DNA of 64,000 nt from the human T2T-CHM13v2.0 reference genome, Homo sapiens: the NCBI RefSeq assembly GCF_009914755.1, contig NC_060931.1; one strand, written 5' to 3'. The position numbers were made by a program, and so were the translations under genes. The notes under the pieces are model-generated. The model was not told the origin of the DNA. It made no database searches and saw only the letters and a program-made list of their open reading frames with translations. This document shows, in pieces, positions 33,405 to 47,187 of the stretch (its first letter is position 1; every line of letters starts with the position of its first letter).

Positions 33405-33605
33405 TATACCTGAGCCACTTCCTTATGTCTTACATAGGACAGTTGTCAGTCTTGGATGGATTTCAGGTGTTCCTGGCAGCAGTCACCTCCTTCATTTACA
33501 TTCTGCCTGGTATTGCCTACCCTGTAAATAAGGCTCCTGACATGAGCAGTTTTTCACTGTTTTACACCATCGCCTACCTCTGGTACCCTCTTTGACAGTG
33601 TGCAG
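33405..33605 (+). pseudogene. Candidate coding exon (phase 1-1, 201 nt) of an unidentified hydrophobic protein, with in-frame TGA at 33593-33595
   Basis: Acceptor gccctttttctgcag, donor gcag|gtaaga, length divisible by 3, 62 open codons with GC3 36/62 and 7/7 Tyr = TAC in an AT-rich background. Confidence 0.45.
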
Positions 33606-34377
33606 GTAAGATGTCTGGTGGTACCCAGCCTGTTCATACCAGAGAAGAACCAAGTACATAAATGTATATGAGTATAAACAGTGTGAATTTGGACTTAAGA
33701 TCCGAAATGTAGGCATTCTTGAAGCTGAAAGGAGACAACACTTAATAACACCACCATTAACAATGATTCTATAAGAAAATAATCACTACTTTGCACAGTC
33801 AGTAGTAAATAATGAAGTTACTGCTTTAACAGTTTGTCCAAAAGGAGCTTTATATTTGTATGTACATTCAGAAGAGTTTTTATTAAATTTATGGTTAAAC
33901 ACATATAATGATTGTTAAAGGGAAATGAAAGGTTTCCAAAAATATTTCTGACCTCTGGAAGTTGAATTCATGAAGAAGAATTGCTATAATCTCTCTAAAC
34001 CTTCTCTTAAGCCTCATGTGAGATGGAATTTTGACCTGCATTAATCACTACTCTTACCCACATGAAATGTTTCATTTCTCATGAGTCCATATATCAAACA
34101 ACTGGGAAGGCTGATAGTGCTGGAACTAATACCTTAGGTGTCTAACACAACAGTCACACAGAAAAGACACTCTTAACAGCACAACACTGCTGAGGCCCTG
34201 AGTGTGTTTGTTCCACTAGGTTCCTAAGAGAAGTAATCAAGAGACCAGAATAAAAAATATCTTACTCACATTGTCTTTCAAAACTTATTATAGGAACTGG
34301 GACACTCATCTCTGTAAACAGATGATGCTATACTCATTCTGAGCCTTGATTCCATTACTTTACCTGAGAAGAAGCAC

Positions 34378-34401
34378 CAATATCATTGTACAATGATATT
34401 G
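34378..34401. other. Perfect 24-bp palindrome caatatcattgtacaatgatattg
   Basis: Self-reverse-complement checked base by base. Confidence 0.95.
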
Positions 34402-34518
34402 TGATTGATTATCAGGAAATATAAAAAGAGAGAAAATAGAAACCCTTTAAGCATTGAGTCAAATAGTTATCTGTCGTACAGTACTCGTCTCTGGACTACC
34501 TCAAAGTCTTATGTAGTA

Positions 34519-35246
<728 letters not shown>

Positions 35247-36438
35247 TGTTTATATTATGTACTGCATAAGATTTTGTGGTGTGTGTGTGTGTATGCATAT
35301 ACTGTAGTATCTATATATTTTACAAAATAACATTATAGAGAATGAGAATTCTAAGCATTATTACAATAACTGGTAGATTATTATCCTTTCAAACTACTAG
35401 CATAGACATTTAAAAATAACATCTATTTACTTTTTCTAAAGTTCAGTATGTCCCTTTATATGGAGCACAGACCTTTTCTTAAGAATATTAGAATAATTTT
35501 AATTATTTGAATAATTTTTATTAAACTTAAACTGTTGAGAAATTCATTTTTGACTTCATATATCTATGAATATTAAAGTGATTGTGTTACTTTTATTATC
35601 AGCAAAAACAGATTTCCATTTTGAAAGTGACAACCGATACATTCTTACAAACCAAATAGGAGAGAATTTGACATGTTACTGTTAGGAAGAGTGTCTAATC
35701 TGTATTAGACAGATGTGGGAAACAGAAGGACAAAATGTAAGAATTAAAATACCTCAGTTTGAGTGTCCAAATATGTCAAAAAACTATCTGCTCTTTCTGA
35801 TGGTTGATTTCCTAGTTATACATACAGTAATTTGTTTTCTTTATGATATCATGCCTTTATTTTCAGAACAGAATGACTCACGCAGAAACTTCTGTTAATT
35901 AGGACTTAAAAGTCATTGGATTGTGCCTTTAAGCAATGTGATAAAAAATGACCAAGAGCCTAAGGATACATAACTATTTATCCACTGATCACAATATTTG
36001 TAGTTAAATTTTCCACTTTGACTTAATATAAGGAGGTAATGTCACATGGCTATTTACATTTAAATCATTGAGAACATGGTGTTTCTTAATATTTAAAAGG
36101 ATTTGAATTGAAAAAAATAGTTTGTGAAGGGTATGTAAGCTATTTATTTTCCTCTCAAAAGATGTTTCCTAATATAAGGTATGTGTTAAATATTTGCCTC
36201 CCTGGAATTTAAATAATTAATTTAACACCAGTGGAATCAGTCAATTGGTTAATCTAGCTAGTTCATTTTTATTTTATGTAGAAATATGTATATTCGTAAG
36301 TGTACCTATTACTTTAGGGAAATTAAAAAGGAATTAAATTATCAACACAGTTTAGAGTAGTACTTAAAACCCTGAGTTAAATTTTGGAAAATCTAAAAGA
36401 GATATAATCAAAAGATAATTTGGAGACATCTTGGCTTT

Positions 36439-36747
<309 letters not shown>

Positions 36748-37021
36748 GACATCTTGGCTTTAAGAAATTTGTTTTGATGCCTTATAAAGGCACCAGGTTC
36801 CAGTTTTCAGTAAGAAAGGACATTGGTGGTTTTTTGTTTGTTTGTTTGTTTTTTGGTGTGTTGTGTCTTTGGATTTGTTAATTTTCTAGTCAGAGCTGTT
36901 AGCCAGGAAAAAATATAAAAAGTTCTATGCTTCTGGGGAAAGACACAAAAGATAGTTTCTCATTCAGTTGTATGTACTTGGGTGAAATTGTTCAGGTTGT
37001 AAAATATATCTTAAGAAATGA

Positions 37022-37300
37022 AGTCAGGTGCTGTGGCTCATGCCTGGTAATCCCAGCAATTTGGGAGGCTGAGGCAGGAGGATTGAATCCAAGAGATCAA
37101 GACCAGCGTGAGCAATATAGCAGTGACTGGTCTAAAAAATAAATAAATAAATAAATAACCAGGTGTGGTAGTGTGTGCCTGTAGTGCACTGAGATGGGAG
37201 GATCACATGAGCCCAGGAGTTTGAGGCTGTAGTGTGCTCTGATCACACCACTGTACACCAGCCTGGGGGACAGAGCAAGACCTTGTCTCCAAGAGAAAAA
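37022..37300 (+). mobile_element. Degenerate AluJ
   Basis: tgtggctcatgcctggtaatcccagcaatttgggaggctgagg...agcccaggagtttgaggctgtagtg. Confidence 0.85.
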
Positions 37301-37930
37301 GAAATGTATACAGAAAGGGAAATTTACTTCACCAATCTTAACATTTTCCATGTTGATCCTATATTCATATTCTTTCCTACACATCAAAATAGTGTTTATT
37401 TAGATGCTGCTTCAAAAAAAAGCACTTATTAAAAACTTTTATAGGAATAATATTTACCCCTTTGAAATTTGTTTTCTGAAAATGGTATAAAGAATTTAGC
37501 TTATAAATGACAACAAACATGTACATCCTTATAACATCAAAAAAGCTTGTAAGTTGTATTAAATAAGAAGTATTAAGAAGAAACTGAGGTTCTGTATCAA
37601 ATAATATTTTATATTCAGAGAAACATCTTATTTAGTGATCCAAGCATTTTTATATACATTAATTCAAATTTCAAAATATATAATGTATATAAAAGATTCA
37701 AAATATTTTATATACATTAATTCAGTTTTCAAAATATAATCTTGGTTGATGGTTATTATTTTAGTTTACATATTACCTGATATAAAACAAGAAACCACCA
37801 TACTAAGGTTAACATGCTAAAGTTGAGAAAGAGATCAACATGCTAAGAGTTTATCAAAAATTTATTATTAAAACAATGTATCTAATTGAACTGAAAAATA
37901 ACCCCATAAAATTTTTATGATTAAAATTAC

Positions 37931-38070
37931 TGGCGTGGCGGCTCACGCCTGTAATTCCAGCACTTTGGGAGGCTGAGGCAGGAGGATTGCTTGAGCCCAG
38001 GAGTTCAAGACCAGCTTAGACAGTATAGTGAGAACCCTGTCTCTAAAAAATAAAAATAAATAATTTAAAA
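37931..38070 (+). mobile_element. FLAM / Alu left monomer
   Basis: gctcacgcctgtaattccagcactttgggaggctgaggcaggaggattgcttgagcccagg followed by an A-rich tail. Confidence 0.85.
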
Positions 38071-38209
38071 AATAGAAGAAGTATATAAGTAATGAAATCA
38101 ACTGAAGAAAATGGCAAACTAAAGATAAAACATACATCAAATGCCAATTTTGTATGGTCTCTGATTGTTTAGGATTAGGGTTTGTAGAACTTTAAAACAT
38201 TTATTAAGA

Positions 38210-40010
38210 AAAGTTTAAAATGTTGTTTTTATTGTTTTAATGAATATTGAATGGATAGAAAGAATGTTTATAAAATATGTGTAAAGTATAAAGAATTATA
38301 ATAGAATGAATACCTGTGTTCCTATCACCTAGTTTAAGAACATAATCATAACCTTTGAACTCTTCTGGGTTCTAATTACATCCTAGTCCTTTCTCCCTTA
38401 GAAGTAAAAACTATTCTGTATGGGATACTTTTCATTACCTCACATTTCTATTGGCACTTTTTGTTTTTTCGTGTGGATTGGAATTATTGTCTGGTGTCTT
38501 TTCTTTAAGTGTGAAGAAATTCCTTTAGTATCTGTTGTAAGGCAGGTCTGATAAGAATAAATACTCTGTTTTTGGTTATTTGGCAATGTCTTTATTTGCC
38601 TTCTTTTATAAAAATAGTTTTGCTGAATATTGGATGCTTACTTGACAATTATTTTGCTTTCAGCTCCTTGAATATTATTCCACTGCCTTCTGGCTTTCAT
38701 TGTTTCTAATGAAAAGTCAACTATTAATCTTATTTGTTCCCTATGATGTGATGAGTTGTTTTTCTTCTGTGCTTTCAAGATTTGCACTTTGTCTTTCAAC
38801 ATTTTGCTAGAATGTGTCTGGAGGTGGATCCCCACACTTAGCATACACTTGGAATTTGTTCTTCTTTTTACAGATATACATTAATGCATTTCATCAAATT
38901 TGGGGTTTTCAGCCATTATTTATTTGAATTTTTTTTTGGTCTCTTTCTTCTCATCATACTTCCATGATTTGTGTTACTGTGCACTTAATAGTTTCCTCCA
39001 TTTCTCTGAAGTTCTGTTCATTTTTTTTTCATTCATTAGTCTCTTTATTCTTTATATTACACAATTTCTATCTATCTTCTTGATTGATCTTCAAGTTCTT
39101 TATTTCTTCTGTCAGATAAAGTCTACTGTTGAGCCCCATTAGTAAATTTTTTATATCAACTACTTTTTTTTAATCCCAGAATTTCTATTTGGTTCTTGAA
39201 AATAATTCGTTTATGGACATTCGTTACTTAAAGAGACATTGTCATCATATCTTCCTTTAATTCTTCTAAGCATCATTTACTTTGGTTCATTGGCTATATC
39301 TTTAATGGTTGATTTGAAGTTATTCTCTGCTAGATCCACCATCTGTGCTCCTTAAAAGACAATTTCTATTGCCTGTTTTATTCTCTGTACATAGAACACA
39401 TTTCTCTGTTTCTTTGCATGCCTCTTAAATCTTTGTTAAAATATAAACATTTTTGATAGTATATATAAAAACTCTGGATACCGATTCCCACTCAGCCACC
39501 CCCCTTCAGGTTGTTTTGGTTATTGTTTGGTTGGTTATTTGTTCAATGACTTGGCTGAACTAATTATATAGTTTCTCCTGCTGTCTGCACTCTTCAATGA
39601 CTGTGGCTCAGATTTTTTTCTCTTATTTTTATCTTTTGGTCTGGTTTTAGGGATTACCCCTGTACTGGCATAAGCCACTTACTGGTTAAAGGCTCTGCTT
39701 AAGCCCCTTAGCCAGTTATATTCTTACCCTTTATCATTGGATATATATGTGTGGCTTGGAATCTGCTATCTGAGTTCTGGGATTTTGGATGTTTGTGCCG
39801 TGTTTTTTCAGGGCCTACTATTTTGGAGACTGCTTCTTTGACTACTGCATAGAGGCCACAGTCTTGGGTATGTACACATTCTTCCAGACTGCTAAGAATG
39901 TTGATGATTTCATTTTTAAGCCTGACTTTCTAAGAGTTACCCTTGGGTCAGAGAGAATTATTATCTCATCAGTGTTTTGTTGAGGTCATATTTAAGCCCT
40001 GTGTGCCAGT
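38210..40010 (-). mobile_element. Old L1M fragments including ORF1 region
   Basis: Antisense ORF1 remnant IRLIVDFSLETMKARRQWNNI. Confidence 0.7.
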
Positions 40011-40764
40011 GAGACTTCTTCACTGTGTTAATGGGAACTAAGAAACTGAAATGGCTTTTCAGAACTGTACCAAATTAAAACAAGTGTTCTAGGGCTTCAT
40101 ATCACAACATCAGTCAAACATTGGCTATTTATTGCCCCCTGGAGTAATAGTGATGACTGACCATAGTGAGCCACCTGCATCTGAAGTTTACTCTGGCTCT
40201 TTTCTTGCCTAAACCTTGATATCATATATGTCTTAGAATGAATTGCTGCTGGGTCCATCCAATCTCATGATTTAGTGGGTCTGAATAAATCCAGCCCATG
40301 ATGTCCATATACTCTGTCCACATGTTCTCCATTAATGAGTTTCAAGTTAGAGAACTGACTGAGGCCAGGAACAGGTACAAAAATGATGACTTTTCATTGT
40401 AGAGCTGCTCTTATGCTCCTGATAACCATTTCTTCATTTTTAAATTAAAAATTAGTCAATAGCTTTATATTCGTCTTGCTTCTAGACATATCATGATCTA
40501 TTATCAGTTAACATAGCTCTCTTTAGGTTGTGACCCCCTGGCCGCCACTCCAGACTTGCCCATTACTAAAATAACTGTGTCTAATTTGTTTCTGCCAAAC
40601 AATTGCTGCCACCTGTCCTCCCTTATTTCAGAATCCTATTATTCCTATTGCTTTCATGAATCTCAGTTTCAAAACTGCAATTTCTTTCAATATAATGCAA
40701 TTGCAACTGAAGCCTCGTCAATGCTATCAAGATCGCTACAGTCAGAATAGTCCTTCAAAATTGT

Positions 40765-41545
40765 CTCTAATTGAGGCAGGGGAATGGGCCTTTAAATACC
40801 TATATCAACCCATTATTTGATGTAGCTGCCTACTGGGAAGGGGCATAACCTTGAGTGAGGCAATTCCCTGCAGCAAAGGACAATTTGTAAAAGGGATAGA
40901 GCCATGAGCTGTAGCAGCTAATATTCACAGCAGCTGTGGATGGGTGCATTAGTCCCTATATTAGTCATGATTCTCCAGAGAGATAGAACCAATAGAATAT
41001 AGATATATGAGAAGGGATTTATTAGGAAAATTGGCCCACATGATTATGGAGGCTAGAAGTCCTATGATAAGCTGCATGAGAGCTGGGGAATGAAGGAAGC
41101 CAGGAATGTTGCTCAGCCAAGTCTGAAGGCCTCAAAATCAAGAAAGCCACTGACGTTAACTCTCAATCTAAGGCCTGAGAAACTAGGTGGTTGCTAGTAC
41201 AAGTCCCAAATCCAAAGACTGGAGAACCTAGAGTTCTGATGTCCAAGGGAAAAGATGTGTGTCCCAGCTCCAAGAGAAAAAGCAAATTTTCCAATTCTCT
41301 GTCTTTTTGTTCCATTGGGTCCCCAGTCAATAAGATGATATCCATCAACTTTGAGGGCAGATCTTCCCCACTCAGTCCACTGACCGACAATAAAATCTTC
41401 TTCAGAAACATTTTCACAGATACACCCAGAGATAATGCTTTAGCAGCTATGTAGGTATCCTTAATCCAGTCAAGTTAACACCTAAAATTAACTATCACAG
41501 CCCTGAAGAGCAGATGCAGGTGAAGCATCAGAGTAGCTGTTACAT
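40765..41545 (-). mobile_element. LTR16-like ERVL LTR split by an MLT2 LTR
   Basis: ggggcataaccttgagtgaggc...agcagctaatattcacagcagctg; ends gcaggtgaagcatcagagtagctgttaca. Confidence 0.55.
40957..41499 (-). mobile_element. MLT2B-like solo LTR
   Basis: tattagtcatgattctccagagagatagaaccaatag...ccagtcaagttaacacctaaaattaactatcaca. Confidence 0.85.
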
Positions 41546-43680
41546 CTTCCAATCTATAAACATGGAATATCTGTTCATTTATTTTAAATATACTTTAATG
41601 TCTCTTAATCAGGTTTTGAAATTTCTATAAAAATCTGCCCTGGCTAGGTTTTCTAGGATAATATTTATTAGAGTTGCTAATGATGGGCACTACTGTCTTT
41701 ATTCTCAAGGTACGTATTTTCAATTAATTTTTACTATTGCTTGTTATTGCAATGCTTGATGTAAGATTTTTAATAAGTATCCATTATTTTATCTTTTCTT
41801 AATTTGTTAAGGGAGTTATTATGAATGAATATTAAATATTGAATATCATTAGAACATATGGATTTAATTTACTAGTATTTTGTTTGAGATTTTTACATTC
41901 ATATTTACAATTGAAATGATCCTATAGTTTTCCTTATTCACACTGCCCTTATCAAATTTTAACCCATCATGCTAGCATCAGGAAATGAGATGGAATCAAT
42001 TTCTTCTTTTCTATACTTTACACTTGACTGTGTAAATCTGAAATTGTTTATTGGATGTATGGAAGGACTCAGAGATTAATCTATCTGGGGCTAGTTTTTC
42101 CTTTGTGGGAAAATTTTTAGATATTTATTTAATTATTTGAAGGTTGTAAATATATTCAGGTTTTCATTCCTTTTTAATCTAATTTTTGATAACTTGTATC
42201 TTTATAGAATTTTATGCACTTGAGCCAAATTTCCAAATTTCAGCCAAATTTCCTAGTTTTATGGCATAATTTTTAAAATACCACTTTTTTCATCTGTGTA
42301 TGTCTAGTAAAACTTTTTTATTACTTACATTTGTTTTTCAAGCTATTTTTCTCCATGAGTTAATCTTGTAGAGATATGCATCCTTATTAACCATTTTTAA
42401 GAATTGATATTTGTTTTTTTATTCATGCTATTATTTTAATTGTATTAATTTATGACATTTCTATTTTTGTGTTTTTAAATAATTTTTCTAACTTCATAAC
42501 TTATGTGCTTAGTTTATTAATTTTGAACCTCTGACTTTTTAACATATTCATTTACAAATAAAATATGTAGATTTTTGTTGCTTTCTTCTTTGTTGCTTAA
42601 TTTTTTAGTTATATTTCTCTTCTTGCTTTTTATTTAATTGCACTTAATTGGTAGATCTTTTTACATTTGGGGGACTTGCTTTAAGTCTCTTTATGTTTTG
42701 AGTTTTGTAAACATTTTCTGTGTGGTTAAAAATAAATGTGAACTCTCATTTTTGGTGTAAGTGTCCATACATATCATTATGTCAGCCTTGAGGTTTGTTT
42801 TTTTTCTCCCAAATAATCTATATTCTTTTAAATTTTTCTTTTCTTAGTTTATCACTTACTGAGAGAAATGTATTAAATGCATCCATTGCAATGGTTGATT
42901 TGCCTGTTTCTTCCTTTGGTCAGTTTTTGCTTTCTGTTTGAGATTATTTTATTAAATTCAGATATGTTAGAACTCATACTCCTTGCTAGTTTAAATTTTA
43001 TTTTCTGGTGACTTTATTTTAAGTCTTGCATTTTTTGTTGTACAATCTTTTTATCGTTAGTATAAATGGCTCAGGTTTATATTGGTTAAAATTTCCCTGA
43101 TATGCCATATTTCATCCTTTTTATTTAAACTTTAAAAATATTTAAATATGTCTATGGTAGATGGTCTATAGGTGGCTTTAGCCTGCATTTTAGCTCTTTG
43201 TTTGTTTGATCCAGTATTTTCAATTGAAATGTTTGCCACAAGTGTTAAATATGTCATGGAATTTATTTCTACTCATACTTTTTGCCTAAATTCAGTCATT
43301 ATTTTACCACTCTTACGAACAACTAAAAGACTTCAGACCTCTTTAATTCTAATCATCTCCTCCTAAATTTTACACTATAATTGCCAGATAATTTAGTCCT
43401 ATTATAGTTTTAACTTCATAATACATTATTATTTTTGCTTTATATAACTGAGATTTTTATTTAATTCTATTTAAATATTTAGCATCTTATCCATGCTAAA
43501 TATTTAGCACTTTCTTTGTTCATGTTGTATTTTGAACATTTCCTTCTGCTTAGAGCACACTCTTTAGAATTTCCTTTAGCGACAGACTATTAGTTGTTTA
43601 CATCCTTTTTTTGGGGGGGGGTGCTTAGAACCAGCTTTTATCCCTTCTCAGGGACTTAAATATATTACTTTATTGTTTCC

Positions 43681-44238
43681 TTTTTTTAACTTTTAAGTTT
43701 AGGGGTACAAGTGCAGTTTGTTACATAGGTAAACTTGTGTCTGGTGGTTTGTTGTACAGATTATTTCATTACCCTGATATACTTACCCAGTATGTGTTGT
43801 TCCCCCCATGTAACCATGTGTTCTCATCTTTTAACTCCCACTTACAAGTGAGAACATGTGATATTTGTTTTTTTTGTTCCTGTGTTGCTGTGCTAAGGAT
43901 AATGACCTCCAGCTCCATCCATGTCCCTGCAAAGGACATGATCTCATTCTTTTTTTATGGCTGCATAGTATTCCATGGTGTATATGTACCACATTTTCTT
44001 TATAGTCTTTATAGACTTTATAGACTTTGTGAACTTGATCTTTGATTTTCATGACCATTCAGGATATAGGAGAGGTCATAAAGAACTAGCTGATAAAGCC
44101 CAGGGCATGATAAAGTCAGGAAGCAATGTTTCCAAATAAAGCCACCACATCCAGCCATCTAATCTATCGTTGATGGGCATTTAGGTTGATTCCATGTCTT
44201 TAACATTGTAAATAGTGCTGCAGCGACCATATGCAAAC
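43681..44238 (-). mobile_element. L1PA (PA10-13-like) 3' end carrying a foreign 131-bp insert
   Basis: ttttaagtttaggggtacaagtgcag...ctcccacttacaagtgagaacatg...ccatgtccctgcaaaggacatg. Confidence 0.88.
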
Positions 44239-45379
44239 GAAGTCAGCCATCATTCTAATTGTAAATCCTTTGAAGATGTTTTTCTTTTCTTTTCTGGCTG
44301 CTTTAAAATCTCTTTGTCTTTCATGTTCTTCAGATTAACAATAATTATCTGCAAGAAGTGTTCTTTTATCTACCCAACATTTATTCAGTTCAACCAAAGA
44401 CAAATTTGTGGTTTTTGGTCTGCTTTAAATCTTACATCATTCATAAGTTCCAGAAAATTCTCAGCCATTATCTTTTCAAATATTATATCTGTTTCATTTT
44501 TATTCTACTCCTCTCTAAATTTTTGCATGAGTATCTTTCATGTAGCTTCACTTATTTTCATATTTTTTCTCTCTATGCTGTATTCCAGTTGATTTTTTCA
44601 GATTTATCTTTTAATTCATTTATTCTCTTCAGTTACTGTCTCTTTCATTTCTAAATGTTAAATTTTATTTATTCAAAGATATGCTTGAACTTTTGCATGG
44701 ATCCTTGCTATTTATTCATCTTTCAAAACCTTTTATTTCTGCAAACTTGTTAAAAAAGTACATTCTATATTCTCTATTTGATAATTATATCATGAGTCTT
44801 TGCTGGTCTCACTCTATAGTATATTGTTTCTCTACGTTCTCAGGCATGGTGCCTTTTCCCAGTGTGTTTGTGACTTTTTACTATGATATCATACCTCATA
44901 ACATTATTTGTGACAATTTTTAAGGTCTGGGGCGTTTCTTATTGAAAATTTTGTGTTTGTTTCTTCCAAGCACGTAAAAATATTAACCTGGGACCACCTC
45001 ATATTAAATTTGTGACCCAAGGCTCTTCAAACACCTAATCAATGGGAATACAGGCCAAAAATGTGCCACAAAGTTGAATTTTTTATTCAACCTGCCGTAA
45101 TGTTGAATTTACATTACACATTTTCTAGGACAGATGTTTTCTTAATTTATCAACAGAGTTTGAGAGAAGCAATTTTTGTTAGAATCCTTGGCACTTTTAC
45201 AGGTCTGGCAAATGGCTGTGGCATATTTATTTCTTGCTTACTCTTATAATGTGGTGGCTTTATGTGGAAACATTGCTTCCTTACTTTATCATGCCCTGGG
45301 TTTTATCAGCTAGTTCTTTATGACCTCTCCTATATCCTGAATGGTCATGAAAATCAAAGATCAAGTTCACAAAGCCTAT
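44020..45379. repeat. Inverted repeat with 131-bp arms (44020-44150 / 45249-45379), 4 mismatches, 1098-bp spacer
   Basis: Manual alignment of arm 1 to the reverse complement of arm 2. Confidence 0.95.
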
Positions 45380-45707
45380 CAAATATCCTCATGATGAAAG
45401 CTAGCTTTAGCTTTATTTAAGCATTTGAGTTCCCACTTTAACTTGGGTTTGGTCTCCGAGTTTTCCTTTCTAAATGCCAGGTCACTGGTGGAATTAAGAG
45501 CATATTTAAAACTAGTTTATCCAGCTCTTTAAATTTCAGTACAGAAGGTGATTGATATATCTAGTCTATCACACTGCTACACAGCGGAATTTCAGACACG
45601 GTTTTTAGTTTGGGCACTGAAATGATAAATACATGCCTTAACACTATCATTAAGAACCTTCCGCTACACTTTCCCTCTGACAAAACAAGCACTGTCAAAC
45701 CATTCCC

Positions 45708-46150
45708 TGTGTCTGTTAAAGCTTTTCAGGAAGCAGAAACTGGGACAGAATTACAAGTGTCAGAAATGTACTGGGACAAATCCTTGGGAAGAGGAATCAG
45801 GAGCAGGCAGGGAGAGTCTTCAGATGCAATGCATGCCTGCCACTTGTGAAAAGAGAGGAAAGCAAGATTTGGTAAGAAGCTCAGACTTCTTTTAGCTCTT
45901 AGAAAGTCTCAGCCAGGCCAAGGGGGATTCCTAGAGCAATAGTTCCATTAGAGGTGTCCTGTCTTAGACAGAAATGGCCACTATGCTTAGTCAACGGCTG
46001 GAGACATCCTGGGGAGAGCAGGGTCTCAGCACCCAAACTGCAGCAGATCCTGATGGTGCAGCTGGTGGATGCCGTTAGCTAACTGCACTCCTCACAGCGG
46101 GTTCTCTCTTCCAGAGAAATATGAACAGCGCACCTCCCTGGCAGTAGTAA
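45708..46150 (-). mobile_element. LTR16-family ERVL LTR
   Basis: caggaagcagaaactgggac...ggcagggagagtcttcagatgc...gaaagtctcagccaggcc...agctaactgcactcctcacagc. Confidence 0.65.
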
Positions 46151-47187
46151 TCCCGTGCTATCTCACGGGCTTGCCCTGCTCCTTCTCTGCATCATTTTAC
46201 TGGGGTATTTTAGGTGGTTTCTACTCCAAATACCTCATATGTAAAATTCACTCAAAAAATCCTCCCTTCTCTGTGTATCCTTACCCCTAAGTGCCCATTG
46301 CATTATACACCGCAGCCATTTGCAACTGCAAAATCATTTTTATTAGCATACAAGGAACTCTGGATTTAACCTATATTCTTACTAGGAAATGAAGAATTGC
46401 GTATGTGCTATTACTCAATTACCATGGTAAAGTTTTAGAATGCTAATAGATCTCTCTCTGCCTTTTTCTCCTATCCTTCCTATTATAAACTACAAAAAAA
46501 TTTATTCTTGGCATCATTAATTGTTCTTGCTAATCAAGCTATTTTCATTCTCAGGTCTATCTCATCTTTCTCTTATGAGAGAATGTTAAATGGGTTTTTT
46601 GCTCCTGTCCTGGAATTCAAGCTAAGACCTGAAATGCTAAATGTAATCAGACAACCATCCTTTCTAGCCTCTTGGTTCATATAAGAAGAGGGAAAAAGAT
46701 CAGTCCTGATGACAGGCTAGTTCCTCCTTTCCTGTTTGAAGTCAGAGAATGAGGAGAAAGGAATGGAGATAGAAAAGCAGAGAGAAAGACTGACATTTCA
46801 TGATTAGCCAGGGCAATTTCTTTTTTGTTTTATTTTATAATGGCTGCTCAGTAAGGATAGCCTCAGCTTACTGATGTTGTTAGAAAGTGACAATTCTTGC
46901 CTTGCAGAAGGATTACTCTGCATTGATCTGGCACTTTGGCCTCAGTTTGAAATAGAATTTGCCTGCAGCTACATTAGCATAATAAAACACAGCAAATTCA
47001 CAGTCTCTTTCTGGCACTTTTCCTGCAGTATTTGTAGAATACTAGAAACTATTTTTTACACATTAGTTATACCTGCCTAAAAATCTTCAGACCATCATCA
47101 ATCTACAGAGATCTGAGAGAAGAAATTTAAGTTGTTCCCTCCCCTAGGCCCCCAACATGCCATAAAACAGGTTAAGAAAAACTTATT

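Larger units (their letters stand above)
41546..45590 (-). mobile_element. Very old L1ME-like element, highly degraded
   Basis: Long T-rich tract with antisense L1-like motifs (aaattctcagccattatcttttcaaatatt). Confidence 0.55.
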
